A stretch of DNA of 32,775 nt from a virus. The first letter of the stretch is position 1. Each line of letters starts with the position of its first letter. The notes beneath the pieces are model-generated. The model worked only from the letters and a program-made list of their open reading frames with translations, was not told the DNA's origin and made no database searches. Below are positions 32,522 to 32,775 of this stretch, one piece after another. The stretch is taken from the IMG/VR virus record IMGVR_UViG_3300045988_041693, positions 1-32,775 of that record, one strand, 5' to 3'. Position numbers and translations under genes: made by a program.

Positions 32522-32775
32522 CTTGTCAAGGGGTAATTTTCAATGCGTTGTTTAAGCAATGCGAATTTAGAAGGGTTAACCTTTGAAAGTGAGGTACCAC
32601 CGAACTCCAAAAGTATAGATGCCATCTCGTCACGGGTAACGTGTCCAGACTTCACACTGGATATTACGAGGTGTTGCATCTCCTTTAAAGTAGGTGCTTC
32701 ACCCTTTGTCTCGTTGTATACCTTTGCAGGTTCTTCTGCCTTTGCAGGTTCTTCTGCCTTTGCAGGTTCTTCTGC
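32518..32775 (-). CDS. Hypothetical protein, C-terminal part of the junction-spanning gene (see 1-325)
   Basis: Hand translation from the window end: (AEEPAK)x3 VYNETKGEAPTLKEMQHLVISSVKSGHVTRDEMASILLEFGGTSLSKVNPSKFALLKQRIENYPLTR, then a stop. The TGA overlaps the ATG of the DUF2800 gene (ATGA). Confidence 0.6.
   Translation of the reverse strand, partial: AEEPAKAEEPAKAEEPAKVYNETKGEAPTLKEMQHLVISSVKSGHVTRDEMASILLEFGGTSLSKVNPSKFALLKQRIENYPLTR
32721..32775. repeat. 18-bp tandem repeat, three units, identical to the units at the window start
   Basis: CCTTTGCAGGTTCTTCTG occurs three times at 32721-32774. The last 43 nt of the window equal nt 1-43. Confidence 0.95.

Overview
The window looks like a complete, circularly closed or terminally overlapping dsDNA tailed-phage genome of about 32.7 kb. 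It starts and ends inside the same 18-bp in-frame tandem repeat, and one gene spans that junction. Every credible gene is on the minus strand.

Gene order in the direction of transcription:
- An early/replication module runs from 632/325, wraps to 32775, and continues down to 18163. It encodes a DUF2800-type PD-(D/E)XK nuclease, a T7 gp2.5-like SSB (DUF2815), a metallophosphoesterase, a Dam-like MTase, a family A DNA polymerase, an AEP primase fused to a VirE/D5-type NTPase, a DUF3310-like protein, a VRR-NUC nuclease, a second Dam-like MTase that is frameshifted, an SNF2 helicase, and several small membrane or lipoprotein ORFs.
- A late module runs from 17393 down to 1339. It encodes TerS, TerL, tail-like proteins, a tape-measure-like protein, a prohead protease-scaffold, the major capsid protein, three tandem paralogs, a portal-like protein, a holin, a GH108 endolysin and a spanin-like protein.

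I recognised no tRNA, rRNA, CRISPR array, integrase or repressor. The A-rich, Shine-Dalgarno-less leaders and the TAnnTTTG boxes suggest a Bacteroidota host; this is inference.

The most unusual signals are noncoding:
- Two paralogous regions of about 400 bp (931-1287 and 17556-17952) are packed with a 9-mer, CTGTGCCAC/GTGGCACAG, around an AT-rich core. They bracket the late operon.
- A bipartite promoter-like element occurs three times.
- A 100-bp tandem duplication lies in the early leader.
- A G8 homopolymer breaks the DPPY motif of one of the two Dam-like methyltransferase paralogs.

All functional calls come from motifs I could read by eye. No database search was possible.
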